Assembly (NCBI RefSeq): GCF_011745625.1
Contig: NW_027191474.1
Coordinates: 62,001 to 126,000, forward strand
Length of the DNA: 64,000 nucleotides
DNA from: Cladosporium halotolerans
Lineage: Eukaryota
Direction of reading: 5' to 3'
Both the position numbers and the translations under genes were made by a program. This document shows, piece after piece, positions 1 through 10,122 of the stretch (its first letter is position 1; every line of letters begins with the position of its first letter). The notes beneath the pieces were generated by a model. That model was not told the origin of the DNA and did no database searches. It saw only the letters and a program-made list of their open reading frames with translations.

Positions 1-536
1 TCAGCTCAGCAGATGCTAGTCAAGCCTAAAGATCAACACGGTCAGAGTTCTCGAGCAGGTGTGCAAGCAGTGGGGCAAAATCACAGACTCGTTGTAAGAC
101 CGGACCGGAACGACGCATATGACAGCAGGGTTTCGCTGGCGGCACGGCGCACTTTGATTCGAGCGCATGCTTCTGATGTTGTCAGAACCAAGGCTTGATC
201 TCGTGGACCACGCTCCGCTTGCAGATCCGGTTGCAGAGCGAAACTCAAAATGTGGGCGTACATATTATATTCCAAGCTCCTTGCTCAGTACATTCCCTCT
301 GCTCTGATTTTGTTGTCTGCAGAACCGTGTCATCTGTTCGCTGATACACTGCTGCATTGCTGCCTCTCAAGGCGATTCTGCGGTAGCCTCTCATTACGCC
401 TGCCATCACTCCCGCTCGTACCGAAACCTTTGTCCTCCGGTCACACTGCTTCGATACTCTCTTGTTTCCCAGCCCAGGGGTGTGATAAGCTACGACAGCA
501 GCACTACAAAAGACATGATTCGCGGGAGAGCAAAAA

Positions 537-633
537 TGCATCGGCCGGGAATCGAACCCGGGGCTGGCCGACATTCGAAGTCCTGGAGGACTTCAGATGG
601 CAACGGCCAATTTTACCACTAAACCACCAATGC
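537..633 (-). tRNA. tRNA-Gly(GCC) with 26-nt intron (572-597)
   Basis: Minus strand reads GCATTGG TGGTTTAGTGGTAAAATT GGCCG-TTGCCA[intron]T-CGGCC ... GGTTCGATTCC CGGCCGATGCA, followed by a TTTTT Pol III terminator. Confidence 0.95.
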
Positions 634-817
634 TTCATGAATCAACCTTTTCTTGTGCAGTATATGACGCTAGTCGTGCGCCCTGCATGATGTGTTGAGA
701 CGTGAGGAGACCAGAGTAAGATAGCAAGGTTAGTCTTCTTTCGATGAGTAAAGCAATCGAGTGCTTGCGAGATCCAGAGAGGGATCCAAGCCTTTCTTCT
801 CTCAGTGCAACACTCTA

Positions 818-2424
818 TCATCCGCCGGCCCCAGCCTTCAACCCCAACTCCCTCCGATGCATAAACCACACGGCCCACGTTATGGCTCCCTGCGCCACGA
901 ACATGACACTGCTAAACACAAAGCCCTTGTGAAACTCCGGCGCGTCAACAGCCGGGAAAATCAAGTAGGGCAACCAAGCATTGACCGCATAGCCCAGCGC
1001 GTTCATGATTCCCAGTACAATCGCACGCTCTTCCGCGTCGGCGCTACAGATCTCGCTGCACAAGAAGACAAGCATCAGCCATGTTCACCGGAGAGGAAAG
1101 GGAAGGAGGGGATGACTCACTTCGCCCACGCCATACTAATCGGCCCATACGGGACGTACGCTCTGAACATCTCGAACGCAAACCACTTAAGCCCATCCGG
1201 CACGGTCCAGACAGCCAGTACGACGGCGGTGAAGAAGCCCCAGAAAGTCGAGACAGACATCAGCGCAGGCCGATTACGCCAGCGGTCGGATAGGATGGCG
1301 AAAAGAACGGTAAGGACGAGCTGCACTGCGGATTGGGAGGTAGGGATAACGTTGATCAGCTCGATCGAGTATTTGCCTGTCGCTTTGAGCCAGAGCGTGA
1401 AGGGCTGGATGCTGCCGGAGGGTTGCTGTGGAGGAGATGTCAAAATGCGGCTTCTAATAAGGCGGAGAGCGAGACTCACAGCATTGATGAAGATGATGTA
1501 CAGCACGGAAAGGAAGTAGACATGCCAGCGGCCGAAAATGCGTTTCCAAGCAGACCAGCCGAGTCTCGATCGTGGCGCGCGGCCGACGTCGTCCATTCGC
1601 TTGACCGCGAGCTCGACCTGGTCTTTCCGCAGATAGAAAGCGCGCGTGTTTTCCGGCAAGTCCGGGATGAGGAATCTGCCGGCGATGGCGATGGGCAGGC
1701 TGATGACGCCGTCCATGACGAACAGCCATTTCCAGCCGGGCAGCCCGTGAAGACCGTTCATGCCATTGTAGACGCCGGCTTGAAGGTAGCCGCTGAACAT
1801 CGAAGCGGCAGCGGAGGAGGCGTGGAAGATGCAGGCGCGCTTAGCAAGCTCGGAGGGCTTGTACCATGATCCGAGGATCATATGGGCGGCTGGGTAAAAG
1901 ATGGACTCGAGCAGGCCAACAAAGAAGCGGATGGCAATGACGTGGTTGGACGTCGACACGGCAGCGAGGCAGAACGTGAGCATTGTCCAGAGCAGCTCGC
2001 ATGACGGTATCCAAATGCTGGGCCGGACCTTCGTAAGAACGATTTGGCTGGGTACTTGCCCGACAACGTATCCGCATGTCCAGGCAACATCGATCATGTT
2101 CAGCTCATTACTATTCATCTGCAGGTCTTCTTTCATGCCAGAGACGTAGGCATTGGAAATGTTGGTTTGATCCAGGTTCTTGATGAAGTAACCAAGGCCG
2201 AGGATGGTCAGGACACAGATGTCAAGACGCTGCACGAAGGCCGCTTCCTCTTTCGAGCGGCCGGGGTCATAATCCCAGATGTTGGAGTACCAAGGAACTT
2301 TCGGTTTCTGTTCGATTACATGGCCCTGCGGCGAGGGGTCGCGAGAGAGGTCGTTGTCCGTGACTCTTTCTGCTTCAACGTAGACAGTCTTGTCGTTAGC
2401 ATCCTGGCGATTGTGAGCGTTCAT
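818..2424 (-). CDS. MFS transporter, allantoate/pantothenate permease (Dal5/Fen2/Liz1-like) family; introns 1426-1479 and 1056-1120
   Basis: Motifs LD..NISNAYVSGMKEDL, GSWYKPSELAKR and GLPGWKWLFVMDG. Two GT-AG introns join the ORFs in frame (WANEICSADAEERA). Confidence 0.92.
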
Positions 2425-3346
2425 GATCCAGTATCCCCGGTATCCCTTTTAGTTACAAGTGCAAAAGCAGAAGATCGCGATTGAGGTAAGTTTCACCAGT
2501 TGCGTCAATCCTTTTTACAAAACATTCGGTGCCGGCAACGCCACTTCTTGAATCAAAAACCCCTGGCTGGCAGACCTGCGCCATGGTGGGTTCAAGGCAC
2601 GCCATCCGGACTTGATGGGCTTAGCAAGAGTGCATCCAGTCATAGCCGAAGGCGCCAACTCAGCTCTTGGTACTCCAGGAGGATCACAGTATCCACAAGC
2701 TCCCAAGCCTGCATTTCTTATCAAAGTGGCTCGGTCATCTTGAGCCCATGAGGACACGCTCTGAGCCAAGCACTGGGATAACATCTAGATTCGAGCGCCA
2801 TGCATGACTTGGAGCGCTGGTGTAGAGGTCATTCGTAATGCGAAGCCGCCATGAGGTGCTCGCGTGTTTGGATCCACAAGATGTTGAACACCTGGTCGGA
2901 GGTAGTTCCAGCAACAATCTGCCCAATCACACAGGATGAATTGGGAGGTCACAGACAAAATTACGGAGATACGCTCGAAGCGAAGTTGAAGGTCGTTACG
3001 CAGATGATGCACTGCGTTGCTAGCAGGCTGCTCTAGTGTGAATTGCAAGCTTGCGGAGTTGGATTGCGCCATCTGCACTCCAATCCGGACAACACCAAAC
3101 CTTTTGCGGGGACGTCCGAAGTGTTTGATCGATAGCTGTGGGTAAGATGGCTTTGATGGGTAAGCAGAAATAGTAACCTGGTGACAGAGTGCCGGAGGCG
3201 GCAGCTTAAAAGGACGACGAGAGCGGAGATATCGTAAATTGTAGCATCAGCTCTATCAGTCCCACCGATCAGCTCCAGCAATTCCATTGAAATTCCGAGT
3301 TGAGAGAGTATACTTTCCTAGTCCAGATTCATTCAATCTACACAAC

Positions 3347-4640
3347 ATGGCGCCCGCAGCAATCATCCCCGAAATCACCGACTACGTCCAACCAAAGAAG
3401 GACAACCTGAACCTCCCTGGTCCAACCAGAGCGCGACTCGAGAAAGCCGGCATCGATCTCAGCCAGGGCTACCCTGTGCGCAACCACATCAGCGGTGTCC
3501 TTCTCTTCCACTCTAACGAGCTACGCAGTACCGGCCAGCCCGCCCGTTGTACCTCCAAGATGTCTACGCCATCCGCAACGAAGACAGAGGATACGTCGAC
3601 GCTGGCACGCGCGCGGACCCGAAGAAAGCCGCCCTCTTTTCCGCTGCGAAAGAGGTCAAGAACCTCACCGCGCACATCGGAACGGAGATCGTCGGCTTGC
3701 AGCTGAAAGACCTCACTGACCAGCAAAGAGATGAGCTCGCGTTGCTGATCGCCGAAAGGAGCGTGGTGTTCTTCCGCGATCAAGATCTCAGCCCGCAGAA
3801 GCAGCTTGAGCTGGGCAAGTATTATGGTGAAGTCGAGATTCATCCTCAGGTGCCGCATGTGCCCGGCCTGCAGGGCACGACGGTCATCTGGCCTGATCTG
3901 CAGAAGTCCGAGACTGGCGCAAGCTTCAGAAAGCCGATCGGCACGCAGGGCTGGCATACAGATCTGTATGTGATTCCAGGCATGACCACACGGCATACTA
4001 ACTGAATTCCAGGGTCCACGAGCGCCAGCCAGCAGGCATCACACACCTGCACAACGACACCGTTCCCAGCGTCGGCGGCGATACGCTGTGGGCCTCAGGC
4101 TACTCCGCGTACGAGAAGCTGTCGCCAGAGTTCCGCAAGATCATTGACGGCCGGTATGCCGTCTACCGCTCCGCGCACGCGTACCTTGACCGTGACGACC
4201 CTAGCGCCGGGCCCAAGTATATTGAGCGCAGCCACCCGCTCGTCCGCGTGCATCCCGTCACCGGCTGGAAGAGTCTCTTCGTGAACCGCGCGATGACGAA
4301 GAAGATTGTTGGCCTGGACGACGGCGAGAGCGATGCGATTCTGCAGTATCTGTTCAAGGTGTACGAAAGCAATGTTGATATCCAAGTCCGATTCAATTGG
4401 ACGCCGGGCACGAGCGCTCTGTGGGATAACAGGTAAGATTGTGATGATTCCACGCGGATTCGAGATTGAAAGCTGACAATTGGCGTCGGTAGGATCACGA
4501 TGCACAATGCTTCATAAGATTATCAGGGCCTGGAGCCACGCCACGGCACTCGTGTGACGAGTCTTGCAGAGAAGCCGGTATTCTATGCTGAGGCGCCAAC
4601 CAGGAGGCAGGCGCTTGGATTGGCTGCTCCTGACGAGTAG
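3347..4640 (+). CDS. Fe(II)/2-oxoglutarate sulfonate dioxygenase (TauD/TfdA, Jlp1-like) with an in-frame TAA at 4515-4517; introns 3476-3528, 3966-4012, 4433-4492
   Basis: Spliced frame gives VVFFRDQ, WHTDLVHE, GGDTLWAS, HPLVRVHPVTGWK, then WDNRITMHNAS*DY...RHGTRVTSLAEKP. The stop interrupts the last exon, so the gene may be a pseudogene. Confidence 0.9.
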
Positions 4641-4779
4641 TCGAATTTTCTTTGGGTGTCAAGCGCGGCTAGTAGTCTCGACAGTACCATCGTCCAAATT
4701 CTCGGAGTTCAGCAATCTAAGCCTCTTTTCGAGTCAGGAGACATCTTCGAGCTTCTCAAAAGGTTGGCCTGACACGCTT

Positions 4780-6624
4780 TCACCAGTACGCAGGCGTCCT
4801 CGTCCACTTGTACCCTGGCCCCGGCCACGCTTTCCCAGGCGCATCCACGGTCCTCGTCAAAGCTGCAGGGCGCACTCTCCTGTGCACCAGATTCGGCCTG
4901 CCCGCCAAGCAAACCTTCTCCAGCCTCGGAGCATCCAGGATATGCGGGCGATCGTCGTCATCCTCGTCAAACTTGCGGTCGTCGTGCACCTCCTCATCCC
5001 AGTCCCCCGGGGTAGTGTCCAAAGGATCTACCAGCCAGCTCTGCGGGAGGTAAGTCTCTATGTCCTCGAAGTCGTCATCGGTGAAGTCCGGATAGCGCCG
5101 GAGCTCGAATTTGCAGATCTCGATGCCGGTCAGGTTCATCGTATTCGCGACGAAGTATCCAAAAGGCCACATGTCATTCTCTTCGTTTCTCTCCTCGTCC
5201 CAAGTATCGCCGCAGCAGAACATGCTGATTAGGTGAAGCGTGCGCAGGCTGGCGGCGTGGGCGGCAAGGAGCTTGCGGAGCGACCCGAAGTCCGCCACCC
5301 AGCCCTCTAGCTCGAGAGTTCTCAGGCGAGGGAAGCGAAGCTGGGCGACGATGTCGGTGAAAGGTAGCAAGGTCTTGATAGCGGAGCAAGTGTCTTCGTA
5401 TTGAAGGAAGCCGTCGATGGGCCCCTTGGCTACCAGCGCCAAGTGCACTATCGTGTCGGGAATGGCTTGGAGGAGCTTTGAGATTTCGAGTCCTAAGCCG
5501 AAGCGCGGAGACATCAAGGACTCTTCAATAAACAAAGGTAGGCGAAGCGATCGGAGACCTTTGAACAATTGTCTCCAATTATATCGTTTGATGTGTAATG
5601 AGTGCCACTCGTCAGAGTCCTCGCTCATACCGTGGTCGTGGGGCTCTATTTCATGATCAGGCTTGTCAGCAGACCTAATTTCCTCCGTCGCCAGGAACTG
5701 AAGTTCTTTGTAGAATGCCAGAGGATCCGTGGAATTGCATCGCTGCTCGAAAGGGTGTGGGCCAAATGAAATGGAGCGGAGCTCGCCTTTGACGTGAACG
5801 ATGATCTGCAAGAGGGCAAGGATCTCGCTGGTGACTTCGCTTGTGTATTCGATATTATTCCATCGCTCTGGCTCACGAACATTGCCGAAAAGGCGAGTGC
5901 AAAGATCAGCATAGCACTCGTTGTTGCGCGCAAGGCCTCGGTAATCCGTGAAGTAGACATGTCTGAGTTTCGGAAATCTGCGAAGGACTTGTCTAATGAT
6001 CTGACCATATTCCTGGTCAGTGTCGAGGTTTTGGTGGGTGGTGTAGTACCTTTTGTAGGTGGGAAAACTTTGACGAGCGCCCATCCGATCCGCGATTCCT
6101 GTAGGATCATCGTGGCCATCAAACATTGCTTCTTTGATCTCATGATCCAGGGCCGTCACATCATCGCTCAATGGTTGCTTGAGTCTTTTGAAGAAATCTG
6201 TGGCGGCATCGGCCGAAGGCTCACCATTGTTGCGGTGGAAGGACTGGAAGAACTCGTCTTCCGCGCAGACGCGGCGTAGCCATTCCTCATCCCAGAACCG
6301 CCGGACGCCACTGTCCTCGATGCTTTCACACTCATCCACGTATGTGTCGAAATTACTGGCGCTGTACGGATCCCAAAAGCTCACGTCGAGAATGAGGCCG
6401 GTGACATGCCGGCTGAAGTACGGGTGGCATGCAACCTCATGGATCTTGGCGATTTCCGACAGCCGCTTTGCCAGAATCACCTTGGTGATCAGATACGGCG
6501 AGCTCAGTTCCTTGAATCTGCGATTCACTAGCCGGCACGATGAGATGTCCGGACGGTGCTCGGATAGATACTCGAAGATCCTAGAAAGTAACTCGGCTGG
6601 GAGCGAGATGACCGCACCAGCCAT
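4780..6624 (-). CDS. F-box-like domain protein with LRR-like C-terminal region
   Basis: 614-aa ORF. N-terminus SLPAELLSRIFEYL...SCRLVNRRF is F-box-like, and FPKLRHV / FPRLRTLEL / LRTLHL are leucine-rich repeats. Confidence 0.8.
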   Translation of the reverse strand: MAGAVISLPAELLSRIFEYLSEHRPDISSCRLVNRRFKELSSPYLITKVILAKRLSEIAKIHEVACHPYFSRHVTGLILDVSFWDPYSASNFDTYVDECESIEDSGVRRFWDEEWLRRVCAEDEFFQSFHRNNGEPSADAATDFFKRLKQPLSDDVTALDHEIKEAMFDGHDDPTGIADRMGARQSFPTYKRYYTTHQNLDTDQEYGQIIRQVLRRFPKLRHVYFTDYRGLARNNECYADLCTRLFGNVREPERWNNIEYTSEVTSEILALLQIIVHVKGELRSISFGPHPFEQRCNSTDPLAFYKELQFLATEEIRSADKPDHEIEPHDHGMSEDSDEWHSLHIKRYNWRQLFKGLRSLRLPLFIEESLMSPRFGLGLEISKLLQAIPDTIVHLALVAKGPIDGFLQYEDTCSAIKTLLPFTDIVAQLRFPRLRTLELEGWVADFGSLRKLLAAHAASLRTLHLISMFCCGDTWDEERNEENDMWPFGYFVANTMNLTGIEICKFELRRYPDFTDDDFEDIETYLPQSWLVDPLDTTPGDWDEEVHDDRKFDEDDDDRPHILDAPRLEKVCLAGRPNLVHRRVRPAALTRTVDAPGKAWPGPGYKWTRTPAYW

Positions 6625-7785
6625 GTCGCATACGGGGAAGCTCCGGATACAGGAAGGAAGCAGCCCTCATCGAGATTTCATGAGTCCGAGACGCTCCGAA
6701 AGGACTGGTGTTTGGGGTCTCCGGGTAGGGTGGTTTAGTTTGTACGCCGCGAGATGGTGTGGGAGTGGGAGCGGGAGGTCTCGTCCAGGTGCCAGATGCG
6801 TTGAACGAACTTTGTACGACACGACGGCGGATACCGTTCCAGGCCCGCACACAGGGCTGCTCACCCGCAGTCTGTAAGGGCACACGTGAGGTTGCTGGCC
6901 ATGGTGGAGATGTCAACATGATGATGTCCGCGAAGAGGCGGGACTTGCTCCGGCCGAGATCCGATTGGCTTTCTTGGCGAAGCGTGCCGGGCGGTTGATC
7001 TGCATGAGTTCCAGACCGCTGCGACTCGGACGTCAGCATGGACATTCAGCACATCCTTCGGCGACAGAGTTGTTTCATCGCGATCCGGCGCGTTGAAGCG
7101 GCGAGATTTTCTGTCGGCATTGAGCATCATCTGGCCGCCGGACTATCTTCGACTTTCACCGGCCTCCTTCACCCTCCAGCGCAACTCCTGTCCAGTAAAT
7201 CCGGCCTCTTTCACGAGGTGATCTTTCTCTCCTATCTCGAGAGCTGCTTGCTGTTCATGCATCAATGTCGGCCTGGTGTCTCTCCGTCTCGTTCGACACG
7301 TGCGAGCTTAGCGCCGACTTTTACAGTTACGTTGCTCTGGAAGATGTGATACAAGACGGGAATTAGATTATAGAGAGCAAGGACTGGCTTAAATTGGGAG
7401 CGCTTCATACGTCAAAGAAGGAGCGGCAAGTAGGAATACCAGTCGTGAGACGTACAGTTGAGGCAGTCGGAGGACATGGACCAGGACAAGCCGAGTGCTG
7501 TGATGACTGTAGACAGCCTCGGGCTGTCGGCGCAGATCAGGCAGCCCCTTCGTGATTCTCCTGTAGATCGCCTCAGCGTGCGACGGCTATGTCGGCGGAT
7601 GTCGTTATAGCGGTTTCTTCGCATTTGCAGCTTTCGCATGACATGATACCGGTGTCTAGGCCGCTGTCTCGCAGCGACCAAAGGGACCTTGACCTGATGT
7701 CCGGCAGGCGGCTGGCCTTACAGCGTGCCACTTGGGACGCAGCCCAGGCGATGACGCCAACAAGATGGAATTCTTGAACTCCCGA

Positions 7786-7868
7786 GGTTCTATAGTGTAG
7801 CGGTTAGCACTTCGGATTCTGATAACACCAGCCTTCCGGCAACCCCGGTTCGATTCCGGGTAGGACCT
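7786..7868 (+). tRNA. tRNA-Gln(CTG) with 11-nt intron (7823-7833)
   Basis: GGTTCTA TAGTGTAGCGGTTAGCAC T TCGGA-TTCTGA[intron]T-TCCGG ... GGTTCGATTCC GGG TAGGACCT, followed by a T-run. Confidence 0.95.
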
Positions 7869-8445
7869 TCCCTTTTTTGTTTTGGTCCTGGATACCACGC
7901 CATTGAGAATTTCCCATGATGGTGGCGATCCTAGTGTGTCACTCTTCCACGTCGCTGCATGCGTAGTTTTGCTGTCGTTCGCCATTTGCAAGGAAGGTGG
8001 CGTCCTTCGCAACCTGCAGCAGTAAGCTTTGATGAGTTACCTCGGTCAGTCCGTAATAAATGGGGGAATACGGTCACCCTTCTGTGGTATCTCAAACCGC
8101 AACAAAGGAACCAATGCGGCTCGTACGTCTTGAGGACATTGTGGCGCTCTTCGGATAGTGTGGAGCCCACGCTATTGGCCGCACTTTGCTTATGGAAGTA
8201 CAAAGCACATTCTTAGCTTCTTCGTGTAATGTCCTCATGGTCGTCATGACTGATCGAGTCCGGACGATAAGATACTGCCTGCGGCCGATGAGACGATATT
8301 GCGCCCAGTTCCTGCTCGCTGACAGTCGAAGTTTCCGCTGCTTGCTCCAGCGCCGCCCTTGCTTCGTCGTCGTCGCATCTGAGGAACTTCATCCCCTGGT
8401 CCATATCTTATTGCCAAACGACCGCAACAGCAGCATTCCGCCAAC

Positions 8446-8991
8446 ATGTTGAAAGCCTTCTCCACGGTCGTCACAATCATCATCGGGTTCACCTACGCTA
8501 TTGTGCATACTGAGTCTGGCGCAACATGTAAGCCAACCACCCTATCACAATCCGAATGCTGCCCGGCAGTTAGCGCGTACACTGCGACCACTACCATCGA
8601 CTGTGGCGGCTGCCCCTTGGACGAGTTCACTCTCGTTCCGCAATGCTTTGCAGTAAGCACTAGCTCCTTCTCTGTGCACGTCCTACCCACTGACAGCCCC
8701 TCACAGCCATGCCCCTCGACCACCGAGACTGTCTCCGCCACTACGACCACCACACAGTGCGCCGCTTCCTCCGACTGCACCAACACGGTAACAGCGACCG
8801 CTCCATGGGGATGCCGCATCGAAGTCGCACCATCGACCACGACGTCTCTGATCGACTGCAGCGGCTGCGTGCTGGAGACTAAGACGGTCCCAAATGCCTG
8901 GCGGGGGCGCGGAGGTGTTTGCGTGGGTGGGAGACAAACAGTCACGGGCCACACTGGGACTGCGACAGTCACTGGTTGCAAGGTGGGTTGA
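8446..8991 (+). CDS. Small secreted Cys/Thr-rich protein (about 163 aa, 14 Cys); probable in-frame intron 8653-8706
   Basis: Hydrophobic N-terminus and two IDCxGCxL motifs. The 54-nt intron reads GTAAGC...CTGAC...CACAG. Confidence 0.8.
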   Translation: MLKAFSTVVTIIIGFTYAIVHTESGATCKPTTLSQSECCPAVSAYTATTTIDCGGCPLDEFTLVPQCFAVSTSSFSVHVLPTDSPSQPCPSTTETVSATTTTTQCAASSDCTNTVTATAPWGCRIEVAPSTTTSLIDCSGCVLETKTVPNAWRGRGGVCVGGRQTVTGHTGTATVTGCKVG

Positions 8992-9312
8992 TATTCGCGA
9001 CTTTGGTTGGTCTCGCGAGGTATCACGCGAACGGAAAGTAAAGTGGGTGCTTCTGGTGATAAAATGTACTGTTGTTTACAATGGAAATGACAAACGAGAT
9101 GATGTTCTGACTTGCTGAACGACCAAGCGCGATCATGTTTTCACAGGAGATATCATCGAATGATGAGATAGTGAAGCCTTTCTCGCGTTTGAAACATCAA
9201 TTTGATTTAAGCTAATGCCAGTGAGGCACTATCTATCGTTGACTCTGATTTTGGCTCCAGTGCTGTGATATGAACAAAAGAAAAGCACTGCAGTCCAATC
9301 AATCCCTGAAAA

Positions 9313-10122
9313 TCACTCCCAGGTCTGCTCGTCAGCCTCGACCGGCTCCTCAACCTCCCAGCCACTGGTAAGCTTGCGGCCGGGCTTGCCCTTCCTCGCC
9401 GCAAGCTTCTTCTTGATGACCTCCTGGCCGATCCTGGCCATCCCTTCGTACCTGTCAGTCTCGCGGCAGTACTGCTTGATGCCCTCCATGTCGGCCTCGG
9501 ACATCTCTTGCTTCACGCAGCGCCACATGACCTGGCTCATCATGCTGCTGGTGACACCGCCGTCGAAAGACGCCGCCTCCATGCAGTGCTTGAAATCATC
9601 CGGAGTGATCCTTGGAGCGTCACGCAGGTACGCGAAGATGGCGTTGCGGACGACCTGGCCGCGGGTCTCCTGCTTCAAGTCGAAGGCGTGTCCAGCGCGG
9701 TGGACGTTGATCGCGACGTCGAACGGAATAGTCTCGCGGCCGAAGAGCTCGAAGGATAGTTCGAACTGCTTCGGGTTGGTGATGCTGTTATCGTTCATCC
9801 ATTTAAGGATGATCTCCGCCGCGCGCTTGTCGACGTTGGGGATGACGATGAGCTCGTCCTTCGGCGAGGCGCAACGAGGCGCACCGCTCTGGCCTTTGCC
9901 GCCTCTGAGCTGACCGTGCTTGTTGTATTTCTCCGGATTGATGAGGCGGTCACCGGCGCGGGAGAAGAGCGCCAGCTTGTTCTTGTCGGTTGCCCACCCG
10001 AGGTAGGTCTTTACGCCGTCCGCTGACATCGAGTAGACGTCGACGGTTCCCGGACGCGCGCGCGTGCCGGACGCAGAGGAGTTGCCCTTGGGGGCGGAGC
10101 TTGAGGAGTTGCCACGAACCAT
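9313..10122 (-). CDS. Uncharacterised protein, possible divergent BTB/POZ-like fold; paralog of 12866-13856
   Basis: 269-aa ORF with strong codon bias. Aligns by eye over about 190 aa with the ORF at 12866. Confidence 0.8.
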   Translation of the reverse strand: MVRGNSSSSAPKGNSSASGTRARPGTVDVYSMSADGVKTYLGWATDKNKLALFSRAGDRLINPEKYNKHGQLRGGKGQSGAPRCASPKDELIVIPNVDKRAAEIILKWMNDNSITNPKQFELSFELFGRETIPFDVAINVHRAGHAFDLKQETRGQVVRNAIFAYLRDAPRITPDDFKHCMEAASFDGGVTSSMMSQVMWRCVKQEMSEADMEGIKQYCRETDRYEGMARIGQEVIKKKLAARKGKPGRKLTSGWEVEEPVEADEQTWE

